Assembly (NCBI GenBank): GCA_951406725.2
Contig: OX597818.1
Location: forward strand, 11,346,001 to 11,410,000
Length of the DNA stretch: 64,000 nucleotides
Direction: 5' to 3'
DNA from: Octopus vulgaris
Taxonomy: Eukaryota
The notes beneath the pieces are model-generated. The model ran no database searches. It saw only the letters and a list, made by a program, of their open reading frames with translations, and had not been told where the DNA came from. Position numbers and translations under genes: made by a program. How positions within the stretch are numbered: the stretch's first letter is position 1; the number at the start of each line of letters is the position of its first letter. Positions 12,687 through 26,061 of the stretch are shown here, piece after piece.

Positions 12687-14168
12687 ATGATTCATATTGG
12701 CAATACTATTCATATCTGTGCCCATTTACACAGGTACACATGTTTGCATGCATGTATACATATATATATGCATGTATGTGCACACAAGGCTTTTCTGTCT
12801 GATGTTATCCAAATTCCAAGGGTCTTGTTTCTAGGCTAGAAATCAGTAATTTTTCCATTGGTGAGAAAAATTAAGATCAAAAATGAGCATATATACATAT
12901 GTGTAGATAAGCACATGTATACACACATACATGCACAAACAAACCAATAATAAGCCATCTTTGTCATCACAGTCTTTACTAGAAATAGCAACCATTCATC
13001 AAATGCACCTTACTTTATTGTAGCCCATACTACATTACATCTGAAAAGAAAAACAAACAGAATGATCATGGCTGGAAGGTCTTTCATTGAGTCTGCATGA
13101 TCAATCCAGACAGAGTTAAACAATAACATATGCAATCACTTGCACGCATACATAGTCATACAAATACAGCACAACAGAGACAGGGAAAAGAAGTTATACA
13201 CAGCAGTAGAAACCAGTTGTCCAGTGGATGTTAACATAATGTTAAAGAGAAAAACAATAAAAATATCTATGGTGAGCTAATGAGAAATCAGCAGATATGA
13301 CATTGAGTGTAGAACTAAAGATTTGTAGATGTGATTATTGAAATATTTGCTTATGTAATTAACTGCGCTAGTACTAATCTTTAGAAGCTGGTTTTACAAA
13401 ACCAGAATGGATATGGCTAATGAGAAAATTACAATTATAAGCCAATAATGGAATTGTAAATGTAAGACTTACCTGAGGTCTAGTCTGTGTTATGTACATA
13501 CATACATACATACATACATGCCCATTAAATATCTTAAATATGTTTAGAATTTAGAAACAAACCCTTAATCCTAAATATATATATATTTTCAATATTATTT
13601 TCTATCATCTTAAATTGCCTAATTTCCGTTATCTTGATCCTAGTGGATCGAAGAACACAATAAATGGGTTCCCATGAAAGAATGCAGAATGCATGATATA
13701 TAGGAAAAGGAAAAGAAAAGCCAGAAGCCAAGGCATGAGAAGAATAGGCTGAATCTTACAGCTGTCCTTTATTATCTAGCAGGTGAGGGATGGGTGATTC
13801 TTTACTTGCCTGTGATCACATGATCTTGGCTAGACCTCTTGAGAGGAATTCTTGCTCTGTTCCGACTCAAGATTGAAAACCTTTTCTATAATCAATAGAG
13901 CAAGAGCCGTTCATCTAATTTTGTAATTTTGTATGTGTGCATACGCATACATACATGTATATACTTGCATACTTACACACATATATGCATCTACATAAAC
14001 ATGTACTCACAAGCACATACATGTGTACATATGTATATACACATGTATTTATGTGTGTGTGTGTGTGTGTGTATATATACACACACACACACACACACAA
14101 ATACACATATATTTAAACAAACATATTTACCTACACACACATATATATATATAAATATATAAGTAGGT

Positions 14169-14182
14169 ATGCATTTGTGTGT

Positions 14183-14259
<77 letters not shown>

Positions 14260-14343
14260 CATGCATACATGTATATATGTATATATCTATATATATATTC
14301 AAATATATATATATATATACATGTACATGTATATATGTATATA

Positions 14344-14396
<53 letters not shown>

Positions 14397-14399
14397 GTT

Positions 14400-14483
<84 letters not shown>

Positions 14484-14500
14484 AGGTATGTATGTGTGTG
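14169..14500. repeat. Compound (TA)n/(CATA)n microsatellite
   Basis: Direct reading. Confidence 0.95.
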
Positions 14501-14842
14501 TTCTATGTTGACTATAGCAAATTTGTTGACATGGGCTCTTTTTTCCCTAGCCAAGCTGCCACTGACAACAGCTCTCTAAGTTACTGCAACCACTTCCACT
14601 GCAGTTTGCATCTATTGAGGCTGCTACTGCTACCATCACCACCACTACCAGTACTACTATGGCTGCTGCTGTTGTTGCCAGCATCTTAAGAGTTGTTAAG
14701 CTGTCAATGAAATAAGTAGTAGATTTTTCAGTTATATTGTTTGACCAATTATTGATAGACCTATTGAAATACTGCATCTTAATACATTGAATACTCACAT
14801 TCTATTCTATTTCTTTCATTTTTCCTTTGTTATTCTTTATAC

Positions 14843-14887
<45 letters not shown>

Positions 14888-15598
14888 TGTATATACATAC
14901 ATATATACTTATATGTGTGTTATAGGGGAAGGAGAGCAAGTTTATATGTACATTGTGTGTGTATCTTTACTTATTCTTCATGCTCTAATCTGGAGGGAAA
15001 GACAAAAGGAGGTTGACTAGTTCAAGAGAAAGTGTGAGAAAAACACGTGTGTGTGTGTGTATGTGTGTTTTTACTGTCCTTTCGTCATTCTAATCTGGGA
15101 AGAGTATGAAACGCAGAGAAAAAATAAATAGTGTGAAAGAAGGATGAATGAACATATATTCAAAGGAAATAAGCATACCCTCTCTCTCTCTCACACACAC
15201 ATGTACATATGCTCAATCATGCACATGTGTGTATTAGATGTGGAATGAAGTGAGCAGTGACAGATAATGAGTGAAGAAGGGGGTGAGATCGAGGTATTGA
15301 GAGAGAGAGAGAGAGAGAGAGAAAGCGAGAGGAAGTGACAAAAACGTAATGTGGAAGGAGAGGCATTTAAGGAAGAAACAAGCAGCAGAAAGCATAGGAA
15401 TGAAGAAAGAAGGTAGGAAATGAGAAAGGAAGAGAGAAAGACAGAGAGAAGGAAGAAGAGCAAAAGATAGTCACAGAGATAGATAAAGAGAGAGGGGGAG
15501 GAGTGTGAGTGGGATGTATACATTTACCAGAAACATGACACAGAACGTTCAATATACCTTATCTGCTGTTGCAATAATACCATAGGTTTTCTCTGTCA

Positions 15599-16235
15599 GT
15601 GGTCAATAAGTAGCCATAGCTACACCACAAAGAGCCACACACACACACACATATTGTCAATAGGTAACAGTGATGATGATGATGGTGGTGATGATGCCAC
15701 CTCCATCATTTTGGACGATAGGCATTCAGTTGGTTGCTCAATCAACAGAAGTATTTACACATTGAATAAACATGTAAGTGTTTGAGTATTAAAACAGCCA
15801 CACATGTATCCTTAATGTAATTCTCAGGTCAAAACCATTGTAACATAATATTTGAGAAAGCTGAACCTTTGAACAATCCAACTGACTGACTCCTGCTCAG
15901 TGTCCATTCACTTGGTTTTACTCACAATGTTTTAACTGACCTGTGTCTATAGAAAAGACACTTAAACCAGAGCTTCATAATTGCAAAACAAACTTCTTAA
16001 ACTTTCGACCATGGTGTGTCCACCATAGTTACACATACACTGTTAGTGGTCAAGAAGTAACCATAGTTACATACGCACCCTGTGGTCAGTAAGTAAATAT
16101 AGCTAAACTCTCTCTCCTAATGATGAAGAAATCACTATAGCCATACAGATGCACTCCTATGCACACCCTCAATAGTCAATAGGTGACCATATCTATACAA
16201 ACACTGTTGTAGATCATTAAATTACCATACTACCA
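15599..16235. repeat. Degenerate ~35-45-bp minisatellite (GTGGTCAATAAGTAACCATAGCTACAC-like), interrupted
   Basis: Motif recurs at about 15599, 15655, 16047, 16082, 16173 and 16210. Confidence 0.6.
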
Positions 16236-17053
16236 ACATATTAACAGCTGATATGTGGGTATTTAAAAATACATCATGAAGTGATGACCATGCTCTACAT
16301 CATTGTGGGCTGCTCTTTGGCAAGGCATAACACCTGTTCAGCCACCATGCCAGGGATACGGCAAAGACATGAGAATGCAACATGGTGGATTGTGGAGAGG
16401 TATCAGAAGAGCTCAGCTGACTTATTAGTGGTGCTTACCTTGATGCTGAGTGGAGGAATCCTAGAAGATCAATGGTCAGGATCACCAAGTTCTATTAAGA
16501 GAGTAACTGCAATGCATCCATAGGGGTGGCGTCTATGGTTGTGTATCTAGCAAATGAAGATTCACTATGACTCAAACTCCCAATTCAAATCCATAATAAT
16601 GGAATTGGATGGTGACAAAAAATCTTGGGAATCTGTGAAAGCAGCAAAAAGAGAAAAACAGTAGTTAATAAGTTACCATATGACCCAAACACTACTTGGC
16701 CAATAAATGAGTAAACCAAGACTTCACTTGACTCAACAGGTCTTCACAAGCACAGGTTATTGCCCAATGATTGAAGGGTACTCTTAAATGGGCCAGTTAT
16801 ACTGCACTAGCATAGGCCACGGTTACGGTTTCAGCTGCAAAATTTACTCACAAAGCTTTGGTCAAACTAAGGCTGTAAAGCATGACACTTTGCCAAAGTT
16901 GCTGTGCAATGGGACTGAACCTGCAACCAGGTGGTTGGGAAACGAACTTCTTCACCAGACAATTTTACTTGTACCTATACATCATCTGTAAACCAATCTT
17001 TCACTTATAAGCCATAAATGCATTTGCATTGTGTGTGTGTATTTTTATATATA

Positions 17054-17261
17054 CAGTAATCCCTCGTCTATTGCAAGTGTTACTTTCCAAAACCTCCCAT
17101 GATTGGTGAAAATTCGCGATGTAGAAACAGTACTGTACTGTATATTTATGTCATTATTTTTATAATTTGTATATATTTATTTTATTATAAATACAAAACA
17201 ACACCATGGAGGAATCGACATAATCTTAAATAATAAACCGTGATATGGCAAGGGATTACTG
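17054..17261. mobile_element. pogo/Tigger-type MITE
   Basis: TA|CAGTAATCCCTCG ... CAAGGGATTACTG|TA: terminal inverted repeats starting CAGT with a TA target duplication. Confidence 0.85.
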
Positions 17262-17694
17262 TATATACACACACACACACATGCATAGGTACAGGCATGG
17301 CTCTGAAGAAAAGCATAATGCTTGTATGAGTGTGTGTGTATTTATATATATATATATATTACATACACACAATAAACTCTATGTATCTGTCAGATATTTA
17401 ATGATTAGAATATAGTGATGTTGATAATGTATATGATGATGTTCATTGGGATCCCTGCAGCATTTTCCATATAAAATTGCCATATATTTGAAATGAAATA
17501 AGAAATAAAAGAAATTTAGAAGGAAATAAAGAAAATTTTTTTGAAAATAAGTAAAATATGTTTTCCCCACCCAAAAAGAAATTTCCACAGATTAGTTTAT
17601 TAGTGTTACCACACATTTCCATGCATGTTTTGTTTTGTTTTTTACATTGCTTTTCTTCTTCCCGATTGCTGTTTCCTAACTGCTACATTCACAG

Positions 17695-17715
17695 TTATTT
17701 CATTACCATTCCATG
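17695..17715 (+). CDS. Candidate 21-nt microexon (xISLPFHx, phase 1-1) of an unidentified host gene
   Basis: Long AG-free pyrimidine tract, CTAAC branch point, TGC motif, CACAG acceptor; ATG|GTATAG donor; length divisible by 3. Confidence 0.4.
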
Positions 17716-18261
17716 GTATAGTCCTCCCTGTCTGCTGCTGTTATGGCAATAGCTCTCTATTAACTACCACTCTTAGCCGTTGTTACATTTATACTTTGTG
17801 TTTTCACACAATTACTCATTGCCAATTGTACTTCATATAGTTTCTTCCTAGCAAATACATTTTTAGATTTTCCCCTCCACCCTTTTTTTTTTTTTGTTAT
17901 CTAAAATAACAACAACAGCAACAACTACTGTACTGTTTTCTTCACCTCTATGGCCACTATTTTACCTGTTATCTCCTTCAGGGTTGATAAAGTAAATATC
18001 AGTCTTGTACAGGTATTGCTATAATTGACTGTTGCCTCTGTCCAAAAATTTTGCCCATTAGATTGTTAGATTATTATCATTATTACTATTGTTTTTAAGT
18101 GGTGAAATGAGAGACTCATTGAAATGTTGCCTTGTGGTATTTATTCTGGATCATTACATTCTGAGTCCAAATCCTACTAAGGTCACCTTTGCCTTTCATC
18201 CTTCTGGGGTCATTGTGCCAGTCAAGTTCTTACAGACAACTCAAAATCACTATCATTATCA

Positions 18262-18645
18262 TCATCATCGTTTAACGTCTGTTTTCCGTGCTAGCACAGG
18301 TTGGACGGTTCAACCGGGGTCTGGGAAGCCAGGAGGCTGCACCAGGCTCCAGTCTGATCTAGCAGTGTTTCTACAGCTGGATGCCCTTCCTAACGCCAAG
18401 CACTCCGTGAGTGTAGTGGGTGCTTTTTATGTGCCGCCGGCACAGATGCCAGGGGAAGCTGGCAGTGGCCATGATCAGTTGGTGCTTTTTACATGCCACC
18501 AGCACAGAAGCCAGTCAAAGTGGTGCTGGCATCAGCCACGTTTGGATGGTGCTTTTTATGTGCCACCGGCACAGGTATCACAACTACAATTTCCATTTGA
18601 TATTTATTTTGATGTTGATGTACTTGACTCAATAGGTCTCCTCAA
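18262..18645 (-). mobile_element. SINE-like family D
   Basis: (CAT)n-CGTTTAACGTC..GGATGCCCTTCCTAACGCCAA, with internal repeats of GGTGCTTTTTATGTGCCACC. Confidence 0.8.
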
Positions 18646-18693
18646 GACTCTTGTACCTAAATGTAAAACTTATTATCATCATCATCATCATAG

Positions 18694-18990
18694 AGGCATG
18701 TAGCTTAGTGGTTAGAGTACTTGGCTCATAACTGCAAGGTCATGAGTTTAATTCCCAGCAATACTTTATTTCACGTTGCTTCAGTCTGCTCAACTGGCAA
18801 AGATTATTAGTAACTGTATTTCAAACGGCTAGCCTTGTCACATTCTGTATCATGCTGAATCTCCCTCAGAACTACATTAAGGGTACATCTGTCTGTGAAG
18901 TGCTCAGCTACATGCATGTTAACTTCACAATCAGGCTGTTCCGTTGATCAGATCAACTGGAACTCGTGTCGTCATAACCAACAGAATGGC
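18694..18990 (+). mobile_element. SINE family C
   Basis: tRNA-like head TAGCTTAGTGGTTAGAG..GAGTTTAATTCC, then a body shared with 8070-8255. Confidence 0.75.
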
Positions 18991-19654
18991 AGTTTTATCA
19001 TCACCATGATGATAATAATTTTGGTTTGAAATTTTGGCACAAGGCCAGCAGCTTTGGGGGAGGGGGTAAGTCAATTACATCAACCCAAGTGCTCAACTGG
19101 GACTTATTTTATTGACCCTGAAAGGATGAAGGGTAAAATCAACGTCTACAGAATTTGGAATCAGAACATAAAGACAGAGGCAAAATGTTACTAAACATTT
19201 TGATCATCATAATAATTTTAACTGTTGTATGTGCATTTCAACTGCACTATCAGCTTCATGTTGGTGTTATTGGACTTTGTGCAACATTTTCTTCTAGAGT
19301 ATAGAACTGTGGTAGTATATTTCATCAGTTTTGCTTTGTTGTAGGATTTGGTTTGGTTGTTATGTCTGTTTGTTGTGTATAATATTTGCAATATATCTTA
19401 TTTTATTTGGTGGTATGTGTATGTGTTTCATATGTAGTTTGTGATTGGTGATATTTTAATGTTGGCTAGTGATTGTGTAGGCTATGTGCTATGTAGAATG
19501 TGTTTTATTATTGTGTGGCAACTATGTAGAATGCGTGTTATTGTTGAGTATTGATTATGTAAATGTTTGTATTGTGTTATTTAATTAGATAGTGATTGTG
19601 TTTCATATATGCTCTGTACATTGGTGTTCTATGTTTTAATACTGGATGGTGATA

Positions 19655-19875
19655 AAGGCAGCAAGCTGGTACGATCATTAGCATGCTGGGCAAAATGCTT
19701 AGTGGCATTTCATTCATCTTTGCATTCTGCATTGAAATTCCACTGAGGTCGACTTCGCCTTTCATCCCTTCGGGATCAGTAAAATGAGTATCAGTTGAGC
19801 ATTGGGTGGGGAAGTCAATGTAATTGACTTACCCCTCTCCGAAACTTGTAGGCCTTGTGCCAAAATTTCAATCCA
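19655..19875 (+). mobile_element. SINE family B
   Basis: GGCAGCAAGCTGG..GAAATTCCACTGAGGTCGACTTCGCCTTTCATCCCTTCGGG..GGCCTTGTGCCAAAATTT; an oppositely oriented copy lies at 19020-19205. Confidence 0.85.
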
Positions 19876-20559
19876 ATACAGAATGGTAATCACGATTACT
19901 ATGTGTGCTGTGTAGATTGTAATATATTATTGGGTGGTGCTTGAGTAGAATATGAGTTATATGAGCTATTGATTGAGTGTGGGAAATGTGAGCAGAATTA
20001 ATAAAGTAATGGACAATATACTTTATATTACTGTGTTCAGCCCCATCACATTCCTATTTGAGATCTTCTTGGAGTTGACACTCCGAGTTGAAATAAATAA
20101 GTACCATTATGATGGAGGAATACATTGGTAAAAATAGCACAGTAGCATACAAAGTACCTTGTAGAATTTAGTTCTTTGCTTCTCTTTACATTTCAAATTG
20201 TAATCACAAGTCAGACTCAGCCTTAATAATTGAATACTAGTAATGTACTGAGGTTGATAGAATCAACTGCTTTGTCCACTGTCTTGCTTCCTTGTTTTTC
20301 AGTTTTTTATTATTTATATATCTATTTTTTATTCTTTATATTTATATTCTTTATTCTTAACTTTTGTATTTTTTTTTATTGTATTTGTTTCATCTTGCTC
20401 TGCTTTCTTGCTCTTTTTCTCCTTCATTCTGGTCTTTTTATTTTTCCTCTCATTCCTCTTTTCTCCTTCTCCTCCTCCTTGTTACATACTATATCAGTTG
20501 CTTCCCCTTCCTCCTTTCTTTTGCTCTGCTTCCCTCCCTTTTTTTTTCTTGCACTTATC

Positions 20560-20720
20560 TAGACACTTGCCTAACGTTTCATCCTTCTTTGCCACCAGCC
20601 CACTTGTATGTAAGAGACCACATCAAGGTTGTCTCCAAGTGTCAGCTGATCCAATGAAAACCACCCAATTGATGTGTATTTAAAGGAAATCCAAGTATGG
20701 GTATTCAGATATTCAGTTGC
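20560..20720 (+). mobile_element. Small decayed Penelope-like fragment (RT-EN linker)
   Basis: Translates LTFHPSLPP..VRDH..(VF)KGNP, resembling the PLE 'TFHP.L...I..H...F...P' linker. Confidence 0.35.
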
Positions 20721-20919
20721 CTAAGGAGCAAGAAAAAGAGATTCCAAGTTCTGACTCATGCAGACTCAGCTTTGAATAAATGTTATTACACTTTACTTAC
20801 CAGTATTGAGTACTTTTTTTTCACTTCATTGAAATTCACACCAGTGTGAACCCATAATCATCTCTACACGAGTATGTATATGTGTGTGCATGCGCATGTG
20901 CTCAGGCATTTATATGTAC

Positions 20920-20982
<63 letters not shown>

Positions 20983-21241
20983 TGTTTACGTACACACACA
21001 CACATATATATATATATACATAAATATATAAATATATATATACACACACACACACATATATACGCATACACATGTATGTATATATACATAAATATACATA
21101 TATATATAAACACACACACATATATATACACACATACATACACACACACGCACACACACATACATATAGATATATTGTTTTTAGAAACGCATAAATCCAG
21201 AGAAGCACACCCTAAGAAGTAGAGCAGTATATATTTTTCCC

Positions 21242-21316
21242 GGTCTATGGGGTTACCTTGGGTTTCCCATCCATAAAGGGTTTAACTTTATGGCATATCA
21301 TCAGATCCCAAGATCT
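21242..21316 (-). ncRNA. Type I hammerhead ribozyme
   Basis: - strand: AGAUCUUGGGAU CUGAUGA UAUGCCAUAAAG-loop-CUUUAUGGAUGG GAAA CC CAA GG UA^ ACCCCAUAGACC. The core is intact and stems I, II and III can form. Confidence 0.85.
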
Positions 21317-22034
21317 ATTGGCCTATGACCTCTTTAAAATATGGCAGGGAAAAGTCTGGATTGTCTTCCTTTGCCAATGGCTATCGGCTTCCAGCCATAC
21401 TGCCATCGTTTGACTGTGATGGAGAGCAATAGGGGATTGTCTCCCTCTCCCGTTAGCTATCAACTTTTGACAATTCCCAAAAGGCCAGCAGAAATCTCCT
21501 AAAATGCAAACATGACCCAAAAACTTCTGTTCTGGTGTTAAGTATAGCCCTTGGTTTGAGTGAGTCCCTTAGGATTCTCATGCATTCAGCTATGCATAGC
21601 TTGCAGCATTTCGTCTTGTTGATGTAGGGGCCTGAGTTTTCGAGAATTTTCCATGAGATTGAGTGTGGAACTCCGTTGTCTTTTAGTTGCCAAACGTGGC
21701 TGGCCAGTGATGTTGCATATCTCCTTTCTGGAACTCTGATAGAGGATCCATGGTTCCAACCATACTTAACCCCAGAATGGAGATTTTGGGGCCATGTTTG
21801 CATTTTTGGGGATTTATGCTAGCCTTTTGGTAACTGCCAGAAGTTGGCAGCTAACAGGAGGGAGAGACATTCACCTATTGTTTACCATCAAAGCTGAATG
21901 ATGGCAGTACGGTCAGAAGTTGATAGCCATTAGCAAAGGGAGACAATCCAAACTTTCTCCTCCATATTTTAATGAGGTCATAGGCCAACAGGTCTTGGGG
22001 GTCTGACAATATACAATAAAGTTAATCCTTTTAT
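21242..22034 (-). mobile_element. 5'-truncated Penelope-like element with an inverted copy of its 3' end
   Basis: ORF 21453-21803(-) has the GIY-YIG C-terminal signature TSLASHVWQLK..ISWKIL..Y..CKLCIAECMRI..LNTRTEVFGSCLH. Inverted arms about 21272-21546 / 21761-22034. A hammerhead sits in the 3' UTR. Confidence 0.88.
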
Positions 22035-22099
22035 GTACCAGCCTTCACCAAGAAAAAAATATATATGTATATATATATATATATGTATATGTATGCATG

Positions 22100-22168
<69 letters not shown>

Positions 22169-22181
22169 GTATGCATGTATG

Positions 22182-22238
<57 letters not shown>

Positions 22239-22251
22239 GTATGCATGTATG

Positions 22252-22296
<45 letters not shown>

Positions 22297-22312
22297 ACAT
22301 ATATATATATAT

Positions 22313-22349
<37 letters not shown>

Positions 22350-22356
<7 letters not shown>

Positions 22357-22585
22357 CAAATCAGAAAGTCGAGAGGATACAAAATCAACAGACATCAGCC
22401 GGTAAACATTCTAGTATGTCTATTTATTCCAATGCATTAGATGAATACATGTATTAGTAGTACAGAAATGAGTAATACATGTGTACGTATACATCTAATA
22501 CACTGGAATAAATAGGCATACTAGAATGTTTACCGGCTGATATCTGTCGATTTTGCATCCTCTCCACTTTCTTATTTGCCATATA
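22350..22585. repeat. Foldback (palindromic) element with ~100-bp arms
   Basis: GGCAAATCAGAAAGTCGAGAGGATACAAAATCAACAGACATCAGCCGGTAAACATTCTAGTATG.. is reverse-complemented at 22484-22585; starts directly at the end of a (TA)n array. Confidence 0.92.
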
Positions 22586-22800
22586 AATCAAGGGTGTAAC
22601 ACTCAATTGCAAGTTTGCCATGCAATAACTAGCACTTGGGTAAGAATAATTGGATACACTGCTAGTAATAAATTGGAAAGATACTATACCTTAGTTGTTT
22701 TCTCAACCTCTAACTCACACAGAAATATATATATATGTGTGTGTATGTATATATGTGTGTGTGTATATATATATGTATATATGTGTGTGTGTGTATATAT

Positions 22801-25800
22801 AGGGGAAAAGTAAAAAGAAAAAGAAAATGCACATTAGATATAAAAAATAAAGGCTTTTTTAAGAAAAGCAAAGTTATATACATACAATTAGATGACTTGA
22901 GGTGGAATTATCAAGTATAAAAATTATTATTATGAATCATTATAGAGAATCAAATTCATACCGGTATCATCAGAGCTGATCACTGGCTTTGAATGAACAC
23001 CAATTTCCAAACAGTGTTGGGTCTAATAGTACCTAAGTGAAAAGATTACATGCAAGGAAAGTAAGCAGTTCTGGAAGTGATGCAATTAAGGTAGATATAA
23101 ATACTGGAATATGAATGGTGTATGGGATATATGGATATTAATGAGATTATTGGTGGTATTGGTAAGGCTAGTAGTGTCCTGTATTAAGTTGTGTGTTCAT
23201 GTTGAGTTGTGGATGATATTTATTAATGAAAGTTGCCTCTTTATTTATTTTGCTGTACTGAGGTATTCTGTGAACATTGATAAAAAGGGAAAATTAGGAA
23301 GTTCAGTTTAAGGTTCCCAGCACATCTTTCTATGTTCTCACTGACCTCTGTCTGTCTATATTGTGGGTGGCGGATTTGTTCTTTGTGAAGAGCTATTCTT
23401 CGTCAGAGTGATATTTCTGTTTGGCCTCAGCAGGTAATAGCATAGATTAAGTTTTCAGAAGCACAGGTGAACTTTGATTTTATCTTAAATATTTCACCTT
23501 GTTTGAAGTGAAACTCTGTACCCTCCAAAAGATGAGGGCATGTGCCACAGGCTGCATTTTTTCACTTTTGGTTTCATTGTTAATGAATATAGTCTTGCAC
23601 TGGTTAATATTTTTTCAATGATTTCTGTTGCATTTTGCTCTTGATAATTTTGTGTGAGCCTAAAATTTTGTTCATTGTTTTATCGCCAGTGAGAATGGGT
23701 AGATTTTGGATGATGATGTTTAAGGCCTCTTCGTTTCTAGGGTTGTGTGTGGAGATGTATGGGAGTATTTTTAAATCTGGTGTAATATTTCGGTTAACTT
23801 CCCTTAATGTTTGTGTCTATTTCCTTTGCTCGTTTAATCCCATCATTTATTAATGATGTTGGGTAATGTCTCCTGATTAGTGTTGATTTAAGTTCAAGGA
23901 GTCTTCATTCATGAGTATTGATATCTGAAACTATGGTACAGATTCTTTTCACTAGCTTATAAGGTATATTAATTTTTATATGTTTGGGGTGGCATGAGTT
24001 GAATAATAGGTATTGTTTTGAATCTATGGGTTTATAGAAGTTGTCCATTTTGATGTGGTTATTGATTATTTTAATTAGAATGTCAAGAATAGGAAGTTTT
24101 TTTATTGCTGTGTTCCATGGTGAATTGTATGTTGCTATTGATATTGTTGAGCATTATTTTGAAATCAAGGACTTTGTCCATGCTATTGTTCCAAATTATA
24201 AAGCAATCATCTAAGTATCTCTTCCAGTTCTCCTTTAAATAGCAATGAAATGAGGTACCATATTTTTGTAGTGATGATTGGTATATTTTAAGTTCTAGGT
24301 AACCCATTACAAGGTTCACAATCACTGGTGCAGCTCGAATTCCCATTCCAATTCCACATTTTTGTTGATAGTAAACTATATCGAACATGAAATAGTTGTT
24401 CTGTAGGATAAATTTCAGTGCTGCAATTATGAAGTTGTGGTTGATGAGTCCTGGGTTCTCTTCTGGGTATTTTTCTAGCCAGAAGGAGATTGCTTCTATA
24501 CCATAATCATGTGAGATACTGGTGTACAAGTTCACCACATTGAATGATACTAACAGGGTTCCTTCATTTATTGTTTTCAGGAGTTAAGCATGTCTAAATC
24601 ATCCCTGATGAAGCTTTTCACATATTTTTTAAATGGTTTGAGTTAGATGTTGAGGAAATTGCTCAAACGGTGGGTTTCACAAGCAGGGCCACCAGCCAAG
24701 ATGGGTGTTAGTTTGAGGTCAGTAGTGGGAGAATCTTTGCAAGCTTTAGAAATATGTAGATATTTGTGTATTTTAGGTAATCCATAGAATAGACTTGGTC
24801 TGTATTTAAAATTTGATAAATAATCATTTTTTTTTTTAATGAGGCCCTTTCCATGTATTTGAAGTAAGGAGGATAAGATTTTAAGTGTCTTCTGTGGGTT
24901 ATAGCGCTCTATCTTCTCATAGTAAATATTGTTTTCCAGCATGGAGAGTATTTAATTTTCATAGTACTCTGTGTCCATCACTACTACCACACTTCCTTTA
25001 TTGGCTTCTTTAATGGTCAGGCTTATATCATTTTTTAACTTGATTAGCTTTTTCCATTCATTTGTGTTGAAGTTGGATTTAATTCACTGTTTTTGTTGGG
25101 TATTAAATGGGAAATTGGTAATGTTTCACAAAAGTCATCAAGTGCTTTATTTCTGCCTTTTGTAGGACAATATTCGCTTTTGTTTTTTTGCTATTGAGTC
25201 ATCTTCACTGGTGTAGTTGTGAAGTGCTTCTGTGAGGCACAATTTTCGGCAAAAATCCATAGTGTTATCCTTGATTTCATTTGGGTTCAATCTGCAAGGG
25301 GTTGGTGTGAACTTCAAACCGCTTGCTAGAATTTTTGTTTGTGTAATACTTGGGATTTTCTTTGATAAGTTGATATTTCCAGTTGTTCATGTATATTTTG
25401 TTCCATTTCACATCTCTGTTTCTCTGATTTAGGTCTAAAAAATGGTTGTAGTAGGTGGATTGTTGTGGAAAGTCTTGTATTTAGTTTGGTGTGGAATAAT
25501 TGGGTGTAAAGTGCATCTGTGGTAGTATATTTGTTGTGGAGTGACTGTGTTGTGGACTAGATTGTGGTTATTATGAGGGTTGTTATATTGTCTATGGTTG
25601 ATGTGGTTTGGGTTAAATTTACTGCTAATTTTGTAAAGCAGACAGAGGGTGAAGTTATGTTGCTTAGTTAGGTTATGTCTAGTTGAATGCTTGAAGTATC
25701 CATGTTGAAAGTCAAGTCTCGGAGGCAAATTTTTCCATTGTCTGTCAGGCGATGGAGGTAGATTGGTAGGTAATGGTTCTTGAAAGTTTTGGTTAGTCTG

Positions 25801-25938
25801 GAGGCTTTGATGGATCTTTTGATTTGTGTCAGTGAGCACATAGAAAGATGTGCTAGGAACCTTAAACCGAACTTCCTAATTTTCCCTTTTTATCAATATT
25901 CACAGAATACCTCAGTACAGCAACGATTAAATAAAGAG
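22801..25938 (-). mobile_element. Near-full-length decayed Penelope-like retroelement (Neptune-like; RT + GIY-YIG)
   Basis: Frameshifted - strand motifs in order: INLS..GLKFTPTP, NKGSVVVVMD, FYGLPKIHK, NLYTSI, GIGMG, RYLDDCF, FNSCHPKH, CGTC linker, FTCASENLIYAITC, KEATFINKYHPQLN. An inverted copy of 23238-23345 lies at 25828-25938. Confidence 0.93.
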
Positions 25939-26061
25939 TCAATATACAAAGAATATTAAATTTCATACAAAAAATGTATATATGTAAACATACAAAAAAG
26001 TCCAGCTTGCATAGAATAGAATTGATATCAAGAATTAAAGGGGTTGAAAAAGAGTATGACA

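Noticed and set aside
13385-13461. Acceptor and donor pair with a TACTAAT branch-like motif
   Set aside because: Stop codons in all three frames
15599-16235. Regularly spaced repeats reminiscent of a CRISPR array
   Set aside because: Units are degenerate and irregular, the context is eukaryotic, and no cas genes are present
18089-18703. 204-aa ORF with normal-looking composition
   Set aside because: Runs across two adjacent SINE copies (family B and antisense family D)
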